Under the pieces are notes generated by a model that saw only the letters and a program-made list of their open reading frames with translations, was not told the DNA's origin and ran no database searches. Both the position numbers and the translations under genes were made by a program. A DNA stretch of 64,000 nt, from positions 1-64,000 of the forward strand of contig JAAPAO010000140.1 in assembly GCA_013115145.1 (NCBI GenBank), written 5' to 3'. The stretch comes from Perkinsus chesapeaki ATCC PRA-425 (taxonomy: Eukaryota; Protista; Perkinsozoa). Below are positions 22,711 through 34,296 of the stretch, piece by piece; positions within the stretch are counted from its first letter, which is position 1; the number at the start of each line of letters is the position of its first letter.

Positions 22711-24534
22711 ATGTCATACATCGTTCTATTCCTACTGGTACCCGTTTGCGCCGATGCAAGTTCTTTTTTGGACCGAAAAGCCTCCCAGCAAATAGAGACC
22801 AAGAACGGATCGATCACTGGCAGAGTGCTTCAAGCAGATTATACATTACAGCAGCCTCGATACCAAAATGTCATCGAGTTTTTGGGCATCCCATATGCAG
22901 CACCACCGATTGGAGACCTGCGCTTCAGAGCGCCTCGACCATTTAATGAGAGCTGGTCTCACCCCCGGTCGATGGTCAACCGAGGGCTATTTTGCGAGAA
23001 ACACGAGGATTGCCTTTATCTTGATGTCTACACTCCCGAGAAGGCTCCTGGGTTCCTTTCCCTGCCGGTATTGTTCTGGATTCACGGTGGCGGTTTCATG
23101 GGTTTCCACTTCCCTCAAGGAGACGGAGTTGCACTCTCAGCAGCTCACGACTTGGTTGTGGTTATAGCTCATTACTGTTTGGGGCATTTGGCCTTCTTCG
23201 CATCTGATGCTTCTTTATCAGAGGAAGGCTCAACTGGTAACTGGGGAACGCTTGATCAACGAGCAGCCCTATTATGGGTAAAGGAGAACATTGCGAACTT
23301 TGGTGGTGATCCTGGACGGGTTACGATAGCGGGAGAGTCGGCTGGCGCTTTCAGTGTATTATGGCACTTGGTGGCTCCAGGGAGCGCTGGTCTTTATCAT
23401 GCTGCTATCCTCGAATCTACCACTGTCATAAGTCCAATTTTTTACCAAGCGAAAAAGGACGCGTATCGTTATTATGAATGGGTGGCTACTCAACTTGCTG
23501 GATGCAAAGACGCACAAGATCTTCAATGCCTCCGCAAGGTAGACTTCAATGAATTGCAACTCAATTCTTCATGGCAAAGCAATGGTAAGATGAAGAAGAA
23601 GTTTGGACCACCCTGGGCATCAGTGATGTTCCCAAAGTATCCCGTAGGACCAGTTATTGATGGTGTGACGCTACGGGATTCTCCACTCAACGTGGTTAAG
23701 AAAGGTGGCCACTCCAAGGTGCCTATCATACTCGGTGTTAATCATGATGAGGGCACAGGGTTTATATACGAAGTCCCTCAATATATTCAAGGAGCATCGC
23801 ATACACCAACCGAAACGATAGAGAAGAAGTTGATGGCCTACCTGTTAGGCGAAGCTGCTGTAAAGGCTGGTATCTTGGAAATGTACCCAGATTCAGAATA
23901 CCACTCGTGGACCAACAGGGCGGCCATTTTCTCGAAGGCTTCTCGGATTCTTCGTGATTCGGCCTTCCACTGTTCCACACTACGTTTGGCTGAGGCGCTA
24001 ATCAAATGGGATGATAGAGTTTACATGTATACTTGGAACTTTGAAGGTCTTTTTGGAATTCTGGATTATCTCCCTATTATACCCTTCACTGGTGTTGACC
24101 TCGACAGAATGGGGTTCTTTCACTCGGCCGAGCTGCCTTTCGTGCTCAAGTATTTCCCTCAACGGCCCGAGCTCAGCATGTATATTTATGCTGGACACCC
24201 ACCTCGAGAGAAGAATGATGATTTTCATAGATTATCCGATTGTGCATCGTGTATGTGGGCCAATATGGTTACATTCCATAGTCCAGTGGGTGGTAACGCC
24301 TCCTGTGAGTCTCACGTCAAACTGGTTGATTGGCCCAAATTTGATGGTGAAAGATTTCTGTATATTAGTAGGAATCCAAGAGCTATGTCAAGATCGAATA
24401 GCACTGGTGCCTTCCCAAATGATATCTTCCCATCCAACAGAAAATGTAACGTCTTTGATAATCACCAAGCAATCTTTCGTGATGTACGTATTGCAGTGGA
24501 TAATCTCGAGAATTGGAACCCAAATATCACTTAG
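22711..24534 (+). CDS. type-B carboxylesterase / cholinesterase-family hydrolase, secreted
   Basis: FLGIPYAAPP, EDCLYLDVYTP, oxyanion WIHGGGF, nucleophile GESAG, acid NHDEG, His in FFHSAELPFV; signal peptide; intronless 607 aa. Confidence 0.95.
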   Translation: MSYIVLFLLVPVCADASSFLDRKASQQIETKNGSITGRVLQADYTLQQPRYQNVIEFLGIPYAAPPIGDLRFRAPRPFNESWSHPRSMVNRGLFCEKHEDCLYLDVYTPEKAPGFLSLPVLFWIHGGGFMGFHFPQGDGVALSAAHDLVVVIAHYCLGHLAFFASDASLSEEGSTGNWGTLDQRAALLWVKENIANFGGDPGRVTIAGESAGAFSVLWHLVAPGSAGLYHAAILESTTVISPIFYQAKKDAYRYYEWVATQLAGCKDAQDLQCLRKVDFNELQLNSSWQSNGKMKKKFGPPWASVMFPKYPVGPVIDGVTLRDSPLNVVKKGGHSKVPIILGVNHDEGTGFIYEVPQYIQGASHTPTETIEKKLMAYLLGEAAVKAGILEMYPDSEYHSWTNRAAIFSKASRILRDSAFHCSTLRLAEALIKWDDRVYMYTWNFEGLFGILDYLPIIPFTGVDLDRMGFFHSAELPFVLKYFPQRPELSMYIYAGHPPREKNDDFHRLSDCASCMWANMVTFHSPVGGNASCESHVKLVDWPKFDGERFLYISRNPRAMSRSNSTGAFPNDIFPSNRKCNVFDNHQAIFRDVRIAVDNLENWNPNIT

Positions 24535-26030
24535 CATTACCCAGCAAATCATTTGCACATTCGCCAGTTGTGCATTTAGTTTCAAACTACTCTACTTGTT
24601 ATGAACTACTAGTTTACTGAGTAAACTTTACTCACTTTTGATATTTCCATGTCTTTCAATTCACCATTGTACCAATTATCAGTGGAACCCTTTACTGTTC
24701 ACATTTAGCCTTGTATGTATTGAATAAGTAACGGTACCCTACAATGGCACTAACTTGCGTTCGTTGTCAATTCGCTTGTTTTCAATGGAACTATTTATGG
24801 GCAATTGTCTGAACTCAATTAAATTCAATCTTAGAAGGAGAACTCAACTTACTACGTTCACAAAATTGCATTACAAGGCACTAGCGTCGCGCTATGCACA
24901 ACACAGGAAAAAGGCACAATTATTCTGGGATGAGATACTGTATCATCTTTTGGACAATCTCTGCAATTGTTGTGGTATCAGTCCATGAATATTAAAGGCT
25001 TCAGTGCCTTACCCGATCATCTTCGTATTCGTGTGAAGCATGCTGATATTGAAGATATTGCAGATTTTTGGGTAAAATCGAGCCGCTGACCAACGCGAAC
25101 GAAGTGGACACTCACGGTGATCGAAAAAACCGTGGATGGGAGACGGGAGCATTGCTGTATGAACGAAAATGCCCTATCAATGACAGGCTGTCATTGACCA
25201 AGACCGTTTCATCGGCTTGGGCGGGCGAGCCCTGGACACAAGTCCTTAGGTGTGCGCGCACACCTCGCAATTAAAAGGCCACCTGCACTTGTCTAGCTCT
25301 CCTGCGAAATAGATCAGAAATAATGAGGGATGGCCACTGGCCATTCCTGCATCTTGATCAGCACTTGTTTATTTTCATCGTTTCCACGGTGATTGAGCTC
25401 AATGTTCCTCGGATCCTGCTGAGTTATGCGCAGTATAGTTGCAACTTTCGCAGTTTTGAGTCGTCCAGTGTTACACTGCCAGTGTAAATAAAATTTACAT
25501 AGCGTGTTGCTGTAGACTCTAGTCACATTGTAATACTTTATCAGACTAGTGCCCGTACAAATTGACTTATCAATGTCTCATCTGATGATAACCATCACGA
25601 TGGTCTCGCGGTACTATAAATACAGCAATGGCACTAGTCCTAAGGAGGACCAAGTGCACACCATGGGCACAGGGTCCAGCACCCTACCCTAATGCAACTC
25701 GAACACAAAGCACGCGTACTCGACATGACGACAACCTCTTCATAATATCCTTAACCGCGCAGCTCAAGATTTTGCCGGCATATCCGAAAGCGAACGAGTG
25801 GCCACCGAGGACGAGCTTCTACCTCTCAGCAGCATGGTCTTTTTCGGGCCTTTTCCTGGACGCTTCCGAGATAACAACGAGAAACAGCCCAGATTGCAAC
25901 ACGTTCTCCTATACCTGAAGTCAGTTAGCGAGCGTTGGCTGAGCCACCTTGGGGAAGAAACGAAAACGAATCAATGGGCAGTCGGAATGGGTAAGGTACA
26001 CATACAAGCAAGGAGGTTTCATCAAGAAAA

Positions 26031-26918
26031 TTAATGTAGGGGGTAAGGTGATGAGAATAAAGGAACTCGTGGGGTAGCATGTCCTCGAGCGTGATAATTT
26101 GTGAGGACGCTAAAATCAATCAGCGCAGAGGGATGTTAATAGTTTCAGGAAACCACTTCACTCACATTGGAGTGTAGCCGTGAAGAAACGCCGACTGTTC
26201 TTTAGTGAAGCATCTAGAGCTTCGAAGCTGCCGTACCAATCGTAACTGTTCAATAACAGGTCGCAGAGCATCACCTACTTATCCTTACCGCATCAGTTGG
26301 CTCCATATTCTCTCTCTCGATGAGGCCAAGTGCAACCATTACCGGGGACCGCCCGAGACCAGAGATACAGTGGATAGCAACGCATGGCGGCTTTGCTGTG
26401 GCACACTTCTTCTTGTACAGCGAGGAGTCCAATATTTCCATGAAATCCTCTATCACCCACTCCGGCGGAGAACATCCATCGGCGAACGGCTAAGGGAAGA
26501 CTATGCCTGGCGCTGACCTGAGCGCGATGGAGCTTACCAAATCATGCAGTGCGATTTCTAGCTCCTCGAAGGCCCCTCGAGGATACCGGGAATCGTTGTC
26601 GCTCGAGACTCTAATCTGAGACTTAACTTGATGAACTGATCGATGATGTCATGCTACCAAATCTGTCACACCGAACCGATTCTTCAAGTACAGGGCCACG
26701 GCGCGAGCATTCTCATGTGTTGGCGCTTCACAAATGACCATCTGTGATTAAGTAACCCGAGCTGATCAAACTGAGACATATCCCACCTTAAAGCGTCCAC
26801 TGTCCCCTCCTGTGACGAGTGTCGGGCCTTTTGGTGACACAAGATAGTTGTAAGTTCCAGCGGGTGGTCTCGCCCAATCATCAACCATTAGCCCGGCCTT
26901 ATCTACAAATCCGTTCAT
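26031..26918 (-). CDS. PRL/PTP4A-like dual-specificity protein phosphatase (multi-exon)
   Basis: Spliced reading ...RFKMVICEAPTHEN...FGVTDL/IRVS...LHDL/PFADGCSPP...HCISGLGRSPVMVALGLIE...; 3' exon boundary uncertain. Confidence 0.8.
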
Positions 26919-27344
26919 TACTTATGTGTCACCCATATCTTTGCATACATCGCCTGTACAGCTCTGCCCTTTTCGTGTGCTCTCGTAGCCGTCTCTCGAC
27001 TCTACTCGAATGCAATGGCTTCACTGCAACTGCTGCCATCACGTTCCCTCCGCTCAAGGTACTTTGCTCGCTGCCTTCCTCTTCGACGAGGACAGTCGGA
27101 GATCCTATCGAGGAAACTTCAATTTTATTGAAGGCGCGAAAACAAGCGGCGTGTAATTAATTCTTGTTACCGTCGCTTTCCCTCTCTTGGCTGCCTCGTA
27201 TGCCGGTTAACCTTAAAAGCATCTTTCACAGCTTCTATAATGTAACGTATATCTGCCCGATAAAACATTACCCAGTTACCTGGTGATAATCTCACTCACC
27301 AAAGACCCTTCTTAGTAGCCTATTTTAATCGACTTTACCACTCT

Positions 27345-30300
27345 TCAAAGAGATGTGATGAGCCAATGTGTGTAATTTAGGTCGTTGAAGGCCCCGTTAG
27401 CACGACACTCAGAGGCCAATACCAAAGAAAAGTGTGCAGTAGTGGTCGGAAGGTCGCCTAAAGAGACATGTAGCTGCTGGCCAGCTGTGACTGCTGAGAG
27501 ACTTACCCAGCTTTTGATAATCAGCGATCTAAACCGCTGACTGTTGATGAGTTCAAGTAAGGTGCTGAAAGTGGTGTCGAGTGCTCTTTGGTGATCAGAG
27601 CACTTGTTCAACGACAAGTGGTAGTAGGTTTTAAACCAAAGTAAAAAGCCTGACAGCAGCGATCTTGCCAACGAACCCATCAACGCCACAGAACTATCAA
27701 TGAGACAAGTTGTCAGTAGTTCATCTGCCATGCGGAGAGTAATCATGGAAACTTCCGACCTATGGGGGCGATGCCGGAGTAACATAGCCGACTTACCGGC
27801 TCCGTCATCAAGCCTCCTCATGCCAGCCTCCGCTGCGGTTTTCGCCCTTGCTTCAAGCTCAGGAGATAACATCCAGCCCATTTTCTCTCCTTGCCCTACG
27901 CAAGTTCGACACCCAGCCAGGGCAATTCTCTCGCATATTACTCTCATTTTCCGGGTAGCTCCTTCGCCTTCGATCCCCACCTGCTGCTGTTGCTGCCCGT
28001 ACAACATCATTCCTGCTTTTATCGATCTCCTGAGAGCTCCCTGCCTCACCCGAGACATGTTTCCCCTTTACAGTATGAACCGAGGCGATAACCTTCCGCT
28101 TCAAAGTCTTCACTCGTGCATTGTTCTCTATGCTCTCCTGCACTGCTTGGCACCTCAATCTATTCTCCTCAAACAAGTCCCTCCATCTATTCACGTCGCT
28201 TCCAGTCTACCAACGAATATGTACACCGCAGCTGGACGAGCGCCATCTCACTCCGGTGAGCGTCAAATTCATCAGCCTCATGCGCTCTTCAATGTCCTCA
28301 AGCTTTTCCAATAATCCCAATAGCGTTACCCTCAACGTGAGCATATCCCTCGCCTTAGCGTCGCCCTATCACTCGAGCCCTGCTCTCAACCACGGTTAGT
28401 AAAGCCTGCCGACCCTTAAACGCAGCAACCCGCTAACAAACTCCTCGCAAGTTATGGAACCAGATCCATCAACATCCAGGATCTTGAAGAGTTCTTCGAC
28501 CATTGCTGGTTGAATGTCAATCAATGCCAACTTTTGCTGAGGAGGGAAGTCTCGTCAAAGCCGTGCAAGTTCCCACACTCGTCATGCGCTATTCAAGTTG
28601 GAAACCGAATGCAAAGAACGATCGATCCCGCTGGATATCGCAAAAATCAGTACGAATGGTGTCCACGTGTCATCCTATGCCTAGGATCGTGAAAGCTACT
28701 GTTAGATTGAGAAATAAGCAAACCACATATAAAAGCATATCTTACCTTCATGCTAGGATCACCAAGGACACTCTTTTGAAACTCATCCCATCGTAATGTA
28801 CCAGAACCATCAACATCTGCCTTCTCAAACTCCCCTTGAAGTGATCTTATGAACTGCACCTCCAGTTGGTAGATAAGCTATATAAGGAGCACTATCGAGC
28901 AGCAGCAGCAGTATTAGCTCCTCACTTTGGCACGTTCGACTTCATTACCATCTGAAACTGCCATCACTCGCTCGACCACCACCCCCAGCAAAGCCTTCAA
29001 CATCCCGTACGAGCAAGAATAAACAACGAAGATGATCAGAATGTTCGCAGCTAAGTTGATCTCGAGCACCTAACTATTGATTGGCGCGTGAGAAAATCAG
29101 CTGCTTGGCAGACAGACCTCTCTGGAGACTGTGTACCAGTTGTCCAGGGTCAGTAGCTGCAGACAAGTGAGCAAGGAGCGTCCTATGTTACCAAAATACT
29201 GGCTAAGTTCAGGCCAAACGTGAACCTAATACGACCAAATAGAATGAAAACAGTAGTAACATAGCGGACACAATTATCAGTGTTGGACTACATACAAATG
29301 GAAACACGAATTCGCAAAAATCAAACTCAGATTCGCAGCACGGGTTAACGCCTAGTCGATGATGGGGTCCAACACCTTACATTATCAAGCTGCGATGTCC
29401 CAAGGGCCAAGGCTACCTGATAACAAGTGTACCAACGCCAGAGAGTAGGCTACTACCTCACTTGGTGAAGGCAAATGGGAGGTAGATTGTCCGACTATAA
29501 GTGTGAAGTAGCTGGCTACTACTAACCTATTATTGCGCTGCCTGCTGGTTAGACAAGCTATCTAAGCTCACATGATGATACCAAGTATAATAGTAATCCA
29601 AACTAGAGTGCGCAGCGTAGCCTCAATACCCGCCACAAGCACCCATAGCTGCTTGAGACCGCTGCTGTGCCGGACCAGGCTGACAGGCCTGAACTACTAT
29701 CATCTACTTGCCCTGCAGCTGTAGCTACTACTATACCTGACAAGTCTAATGATTCGCATTGCCGAACCCAGCTGGAGTTTGTCATCGCTCCCAGCAGAAG
29801 GGTCGTTGGGGTCAAGATCGATCGACTTGAGGCCAAAGTAGACATCGTAAACTCCGAAGACCAGAAGCATGAAGTCGACAAGCGTCCATGAATCGAACAA
29901 GATTCCCCATCCTGAGCCACCTCGCTTTGCCGGGAAATCTGTCCTTGGTTCTCACCAAGTTTTTTTGCATGAATGAAGAGTTCCACTGTGAAGCCCGCAA
30001 GGCAGAGCATTTGTAGGAGTTGAAACACGAGTATCTCAGTTCGCTTCTCTGAGGACGGTCTCCCAACTACATCGGTTTCGAGGCCCGCCAAAAGGGTAGA
30101 CTACCAGCATGGCAGCAGACACACAGGCTCTCACTTACCATCAATACAACTATCCACATTATCGCATCGAACGAATGCTTCCTCGCAACAGAGGCAATAA
30201 GAGCCCGGATGCCGCCGCCAGATGGGTTCATAAATGACAAGTCCATGGTTGCCGCTGAAGCCATGCCACCGAAGGCACCATCCCCACCAAAGCTGCCCGT

Positions 30301-30447
30301 GGAAGCATACCTGCACCTGGAGATACTCACCGACCAACAGAGGGGTAAGTTCCGCCGACCTAGAGGATGACCAGCTTGTAGAGACCGGTCGTATGGGGAC
30401 ATCATCAACACGCATGTTCCCTCCCACTGCACCTTGAAGCCTGTCAT
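27345..30447 (-). CDS. single-domain 6TM voltage-gated-type cation channel with C-terminal EF-hands (multi-exon; 5' end uncertain)
   Basis: S3 FDSWTLVDF, S4 MRIIRLVRPVSLVR, linker LKQLWVLVAGIEATLRTL, pore YFGNIGRSLLTCLQLLTLDNW (TLDNW at 29136-29150), S6 MLKALLGVVVE, EF-hands DVDGSGTLRWDEF and DVDGSGSITCEEF, then LRLRGDAKARD. Confidence 0.8.
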
Positions 30448-31694
30448 TAGACGGTCTAGACGGAACTACTGGTAGGCACTTACAGAGATAGCAGCTGTGG
30501 GCTGATCTTGCGCTGCTTCACTCGCTACAGCGCAAGCAAGATAACGACATATGAACAGTAAGACAGCGGCCTCACCTTTACCGGCAACTGTCGAGGAGAA
30601 TCTGAAGGCGGGTAGCCTCAGGATTACCTCAAAGCGTTCCTATGCGAAATATGTAGACAAGCACGGAGATTAGGCAAGACCCATAGACAGGTAAGCAAAC
30701 AAGTATGTCCGGTTAGCAAGTACGTCATAAGCTTTTACACACGTCTTGGAGCCAGGAAGACTAAAGCTCATCGATTTCATCAATGAGCTCCCTATAGTGA
30801 ACTCAATATGAGGGAGCATCTATCGAGGTAAGGTTGTTCTCTTGTTGAAGACAAGTCAACGGACCAGCAGAATCCAACGTGGCTACCTATATCATCTTCA
30901 TCACTTTCCACCCTCTCTCCACCATCCTGACAAACACAAATGATAAAGATACAAACTATGCTAAAATTCAGACACCCAGTGAACTGTTTAGAATCACCTG
31001 CTCATCCTCACCTTCACCTACATACACCTCCAGTGGCGAAATGCGCACAGATGCCCTCCGCCTAGCTACCATCAATTCACTAAGTACTAAAATATATTAT
31101 TATGAACGCAAGACACTGGGGGAGTAAGAGGGAGCTCGGGCCCATACGAGACGTCACCGTGAGACTCCGAGGAAACACATCAACCCTCTGGTATTACTAC
31201 AACAACTACAACCAACAAAAGCAGCAAATGTATCATATCCGACATCATCATTATCGACGTTGAGACCCTTACGTTAAAAACGCAGCCGGTGAACGAAGCA
31301 AGAAGGAATGATACAAATATAATAATAAGAGGGAAGTTGCTATCGGAAGCAAACAGCTAATTAGACGCTATGGGCCGAGTCCAGTTAGAGTTTATGAAAG
31401 AAGAATGATTATGATAGGCAACGATTATCCAAACATGGCAGCTTATCGGAAGTCTATACCAACAAAATTGAGGCGACCCATAGCAGCACAGTTCAATGTT
31501 GGATACCTCAAGGGGGACAGTGTAGTGATTGTTGTTGACTGTATCATCAATGATCAACTATTACAGACTTCACCGAAACTAACACTATCACAATCTCACT
31601 GTACGTAAGATGCTCAAGAGCAGTCGGTAAAGCCCATAGTGGGAGATCTCGGAGATGAAACGGTCTACAAAAATAGCAGCAGCCATAAAGGTTA

Positions 31695-32171
31695 TTAGTT
31701 GCACGGCACGTGCTTAAGGACAGCTCTGGCCATCTGTGATGGATCTTCATTCCTTGATACCATGCAGCTCGTCGGTACAGTAACCACATCAAATCGGCCG
31801 ACTCTGCGCCTTTTTATAAGGTCGCAAGGCTCGGCCAATTCACACTGAAATCTTCCAATACGTCTAACCTTTGGACTCGTAGAGGGTGCTGCTGTTACCG
31901 TTGGCTTTATGCAATCAGTATCCTTATGGAGGGTGGCATCTCTTAAGCTCTCGGCATCATCATGAGATAGAACAACCAAGGGTTCGAGACTAAACCGTCC
32001 CCTCTGAGTCCGAGGTGTCTCATCATCCTTGGTAACAGATGATGATGACGGAGGTTGGGTTAAAGGTTGAGTATTATCGACCATGCAAAGCACAGGCCTT
32101 GCTACAGGTAGTGGCTCGAAATTAAAGAAACAAAACGAAAGCTGACATTCAACAGCATCAGTTTCGGTCAA
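31695..32171 (-). CDS. small protein with three GRFx[L/C/V] motifs, copy A
   Basis: RGRFSL, RIGRFQC, RVGRFDV; clearly homologous to 35687-36214. Confidence 0.6.
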   Translation of the reverse strand: MTETDAVECQLSFCFFNFEPLPVARPVLCMVDNTQPLTQPPSSSSVTKDDETPRTQRGRFSLEPLVVLSHDDAESLRDATLHKDTDCIKPTVTAAPSTSPKVRRIGRFQCELAEPCDLIKRRRVGRFDVVTVPTSCMVSRNEDPSQMARAVLKHVPCN

Positions 32172-32318
32172 CTTCTAAGAATCTTTACTCGCTAGCGATT
32201 CGTGCGAGTGAGCTCGAGGAATCTTGAGAATCTTGCGTTCTTGCAGCATTCCTCAACTTTCGCGGGTGTCCCGCAGGACTTAACACACCATAGAACGCTC
32301 AAGAGATTCACTTGATCA

Positions 32319-32751
32319 ATGACCGAGGCGAAGACTTTCGTAGATAGTGAGATAGCTGGTAACAAAGTAGTGGTATTCAGTAAGAGCTACTGCCCTTTTT
32401 GCACCAAGGCCAAAAAGGCCCTATCTAGCGTTGGTAAGCCCCCTGTATAAAGGAATGTCTCATCACGTAACTACAGGTGCTGATTACAAAGCCATCGAAC
32501 TCGATGGGCGTAAGGATTGTGATAGCATCCAAGACTACCTACTCAGTATAACTGGTGGCCGCAGCGTAAGTGTTAGAGCATAGGTAGTCGCTGATTGCTA
32601 CAATCAGGTACCTCGTGTGTTCATCAAAGGCAAGTTCATTGGCGGTGGCGATGAGACAGCTGCCAAGGCGAAAAGTGGTGAGCTCCAAAAGGTAAGAAAC
32701 CGTTGCTCAAGATACCCAACCATGTCCGTTTGGCAGATACTTGAAGGCTAG
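32319..32751 (+). CDS. dithiol glutaredoxin (CPFC), 4 exons
   Basis: KVVVFSKSYCPFC, IQDYL, RS/VPRVFIKGKFIGGGD; three short GT-AG introns. Confidence 0.92.
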
Positions 32752-32985
32752 AAAATGTCACCACAATTTTTAAATAAGTTTTCAAGATCTGCTTTTCTAT
32801 CGAGTTGTATTCAGTCGAATTCATCATAAAAACAGGAATGACCATAAAACAAAACACGTATTACGAAGCTGAAAAGTCTTGGCAGTACAGGGCACCGACG
32901 ACTGCTCAAAAGATAACAGTTCAGAACACACCAATTAACATCCGTTGAACTGCAATTAATCTCCACAATAAGCTCCCTGCCGGCC

Positions 32986-34296
32986 TCAGGCATTAACAAT
33001 CGTATGCAGGAGGCCAGATAGACAAAGGGGAAACATTAACACCCCGAAGATGAACAAACCCACCGACATGTACCACGTGGCGCTTTGCCTGACGAGAGAC
33101 CGAAAAGTGGCTTTCGACAACTTATCGTATTCATCTTTGCCAACTTCCCTTTCATAGAAAATCCTACAATACAGAAGCGTAGGGAAAATGAAGACCAAAG
33201 TGTTGGCACTGACAATGGACATGAACGAGTACGTATAGCCTAGGTTCTCGACCCCTACTGATATTGATACGCAGAATACAATAAAAGCAACTGTAGATCC
33301 AATATGGAGTTTAGTTGTATCTTTTAATAAGGGCATGAAGTAGCATAGAGCTTCCCCAAGGGATTGTCTAGCTGCAAATAATATAATAGGAAAGGCAGTC
33401 AGTAGGGCTACCGGTAGGGCTATATAACCAATTAATATTGCAGGGTGCCCAAGTGGCAGACTCAGATAGAAATTTGCAGAGACGTTGTAACCATAAACAT
33501 AATAAGGTATTATCATAGCTATGGCAAAGAACACCGTAACAATGAGGAAGGCTAAGACCAGTATTGTGTCGAGCCGAGGTAGAGTTCTGCGTATAGTGTC
33601 TTGTGCCACCGGTAATGCTACGAAGTGACAAGAATATGCTCCAACAAACAAAGGCATAACAGATAGTAATTGCCATACATCCGATTGGGGTGGGAAACCA
33701 ACGCTATCAGAACCCGCTGGTTCCTCACTCACAGCAGCATACACCACACCAGCAATTATCGAATAGAGAAATAGCGTGATGCCTATAGCACTTGTGATGG
33801 CATTGGCTGATATGTGCCGGGCCATACATATTGGTAAGAGCAGTACAACAATAAGAGCAATGAACCCTACTCTTATCCAAAATCTATTGCTAGTAGTTGA
33901 TCCAGGAATGAAGTGCTCAGTGAGTGACAAGCCGATATCCGCGAACACTTGAAGGTAAACCGTGTCCATCAGAGCGTTATTTAAGAAAAGTACTATATCG
34001 GTTATTGGGGCCAACCAATCTAGGCCCGCATGAACTGATACTGTATTGAATGTAAGCCTTTTATTAGGCATAACCATAGCAATACAGTTAAGTAGATGAG
34101 CAGTAAATCCAGATAGAACTGCGCATAAAATAAACCATGAAACGCCGATTACCCATCCACACTTAGATAGACCAAATGCGAGTGTGAGCATACCTGTGCC
34201 AATAATAGCATTGGCAAGGCAAGCAACACCAGAGAAGATGCTCCCTTTAGGAGGTAGAGGGGGTAAGTCGTAATCAGAGCTCACTCGGCTAGTCAT
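32986..34296 (-). CDS. amino acid/auxin permease (Aa_trans, SLC38/AVT-like) transporter
   Basis: LANAIIGTGMLTLAF, AYSCHF, about 11 hydrophobic segments; intronless 436 aa. Confidence 0.9.
   Translation of the reverse strand: MTSRVSSDYDLPPLPPKGSIFSGVACLANAIIGTGMLTLAFGLSKCGWVIGVSWFILCAVLSGFTAHLLNCIAMVMPNKRLTFNTVSVHAGLDWLAPITDIVLFLNNALMDTVYLQVFADIGLSLTEHFIPGSTTSNRFWIRVGFIALIVVLLLPICMARHISANAITSAIGITLFLYSIIAGVVYAAVSEEPAGSDSVGFPPQSDVWQLLSVMPLFVGAYSCHFVALPVAQDTIRRTLPRLDTILVLAFLIVTVFFAIAMIIPYYVYGYNVSANFYLSLPLGHPAILIGYIALPVALLTAFPIILFAARQSLGEALCYFMPLLKDTTKLHIGSTVAFIVFCVSISVGVENLGYTYSFMSIVSANTLVFIFPTLLYCRIFYEREVGKDEYDKLSKATFRSLVRQSATWYMSVGLFIFGVLMFPLCLSGLLHTIVNA

Noticed and set aside
27700-28314. 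204-aa plus-strand ORF, and similar ORFs opposite REV3, the PPR gene, the esterase and the proteases
   Set aside because: Antisense or alternate-frame shadows of well-supported genes
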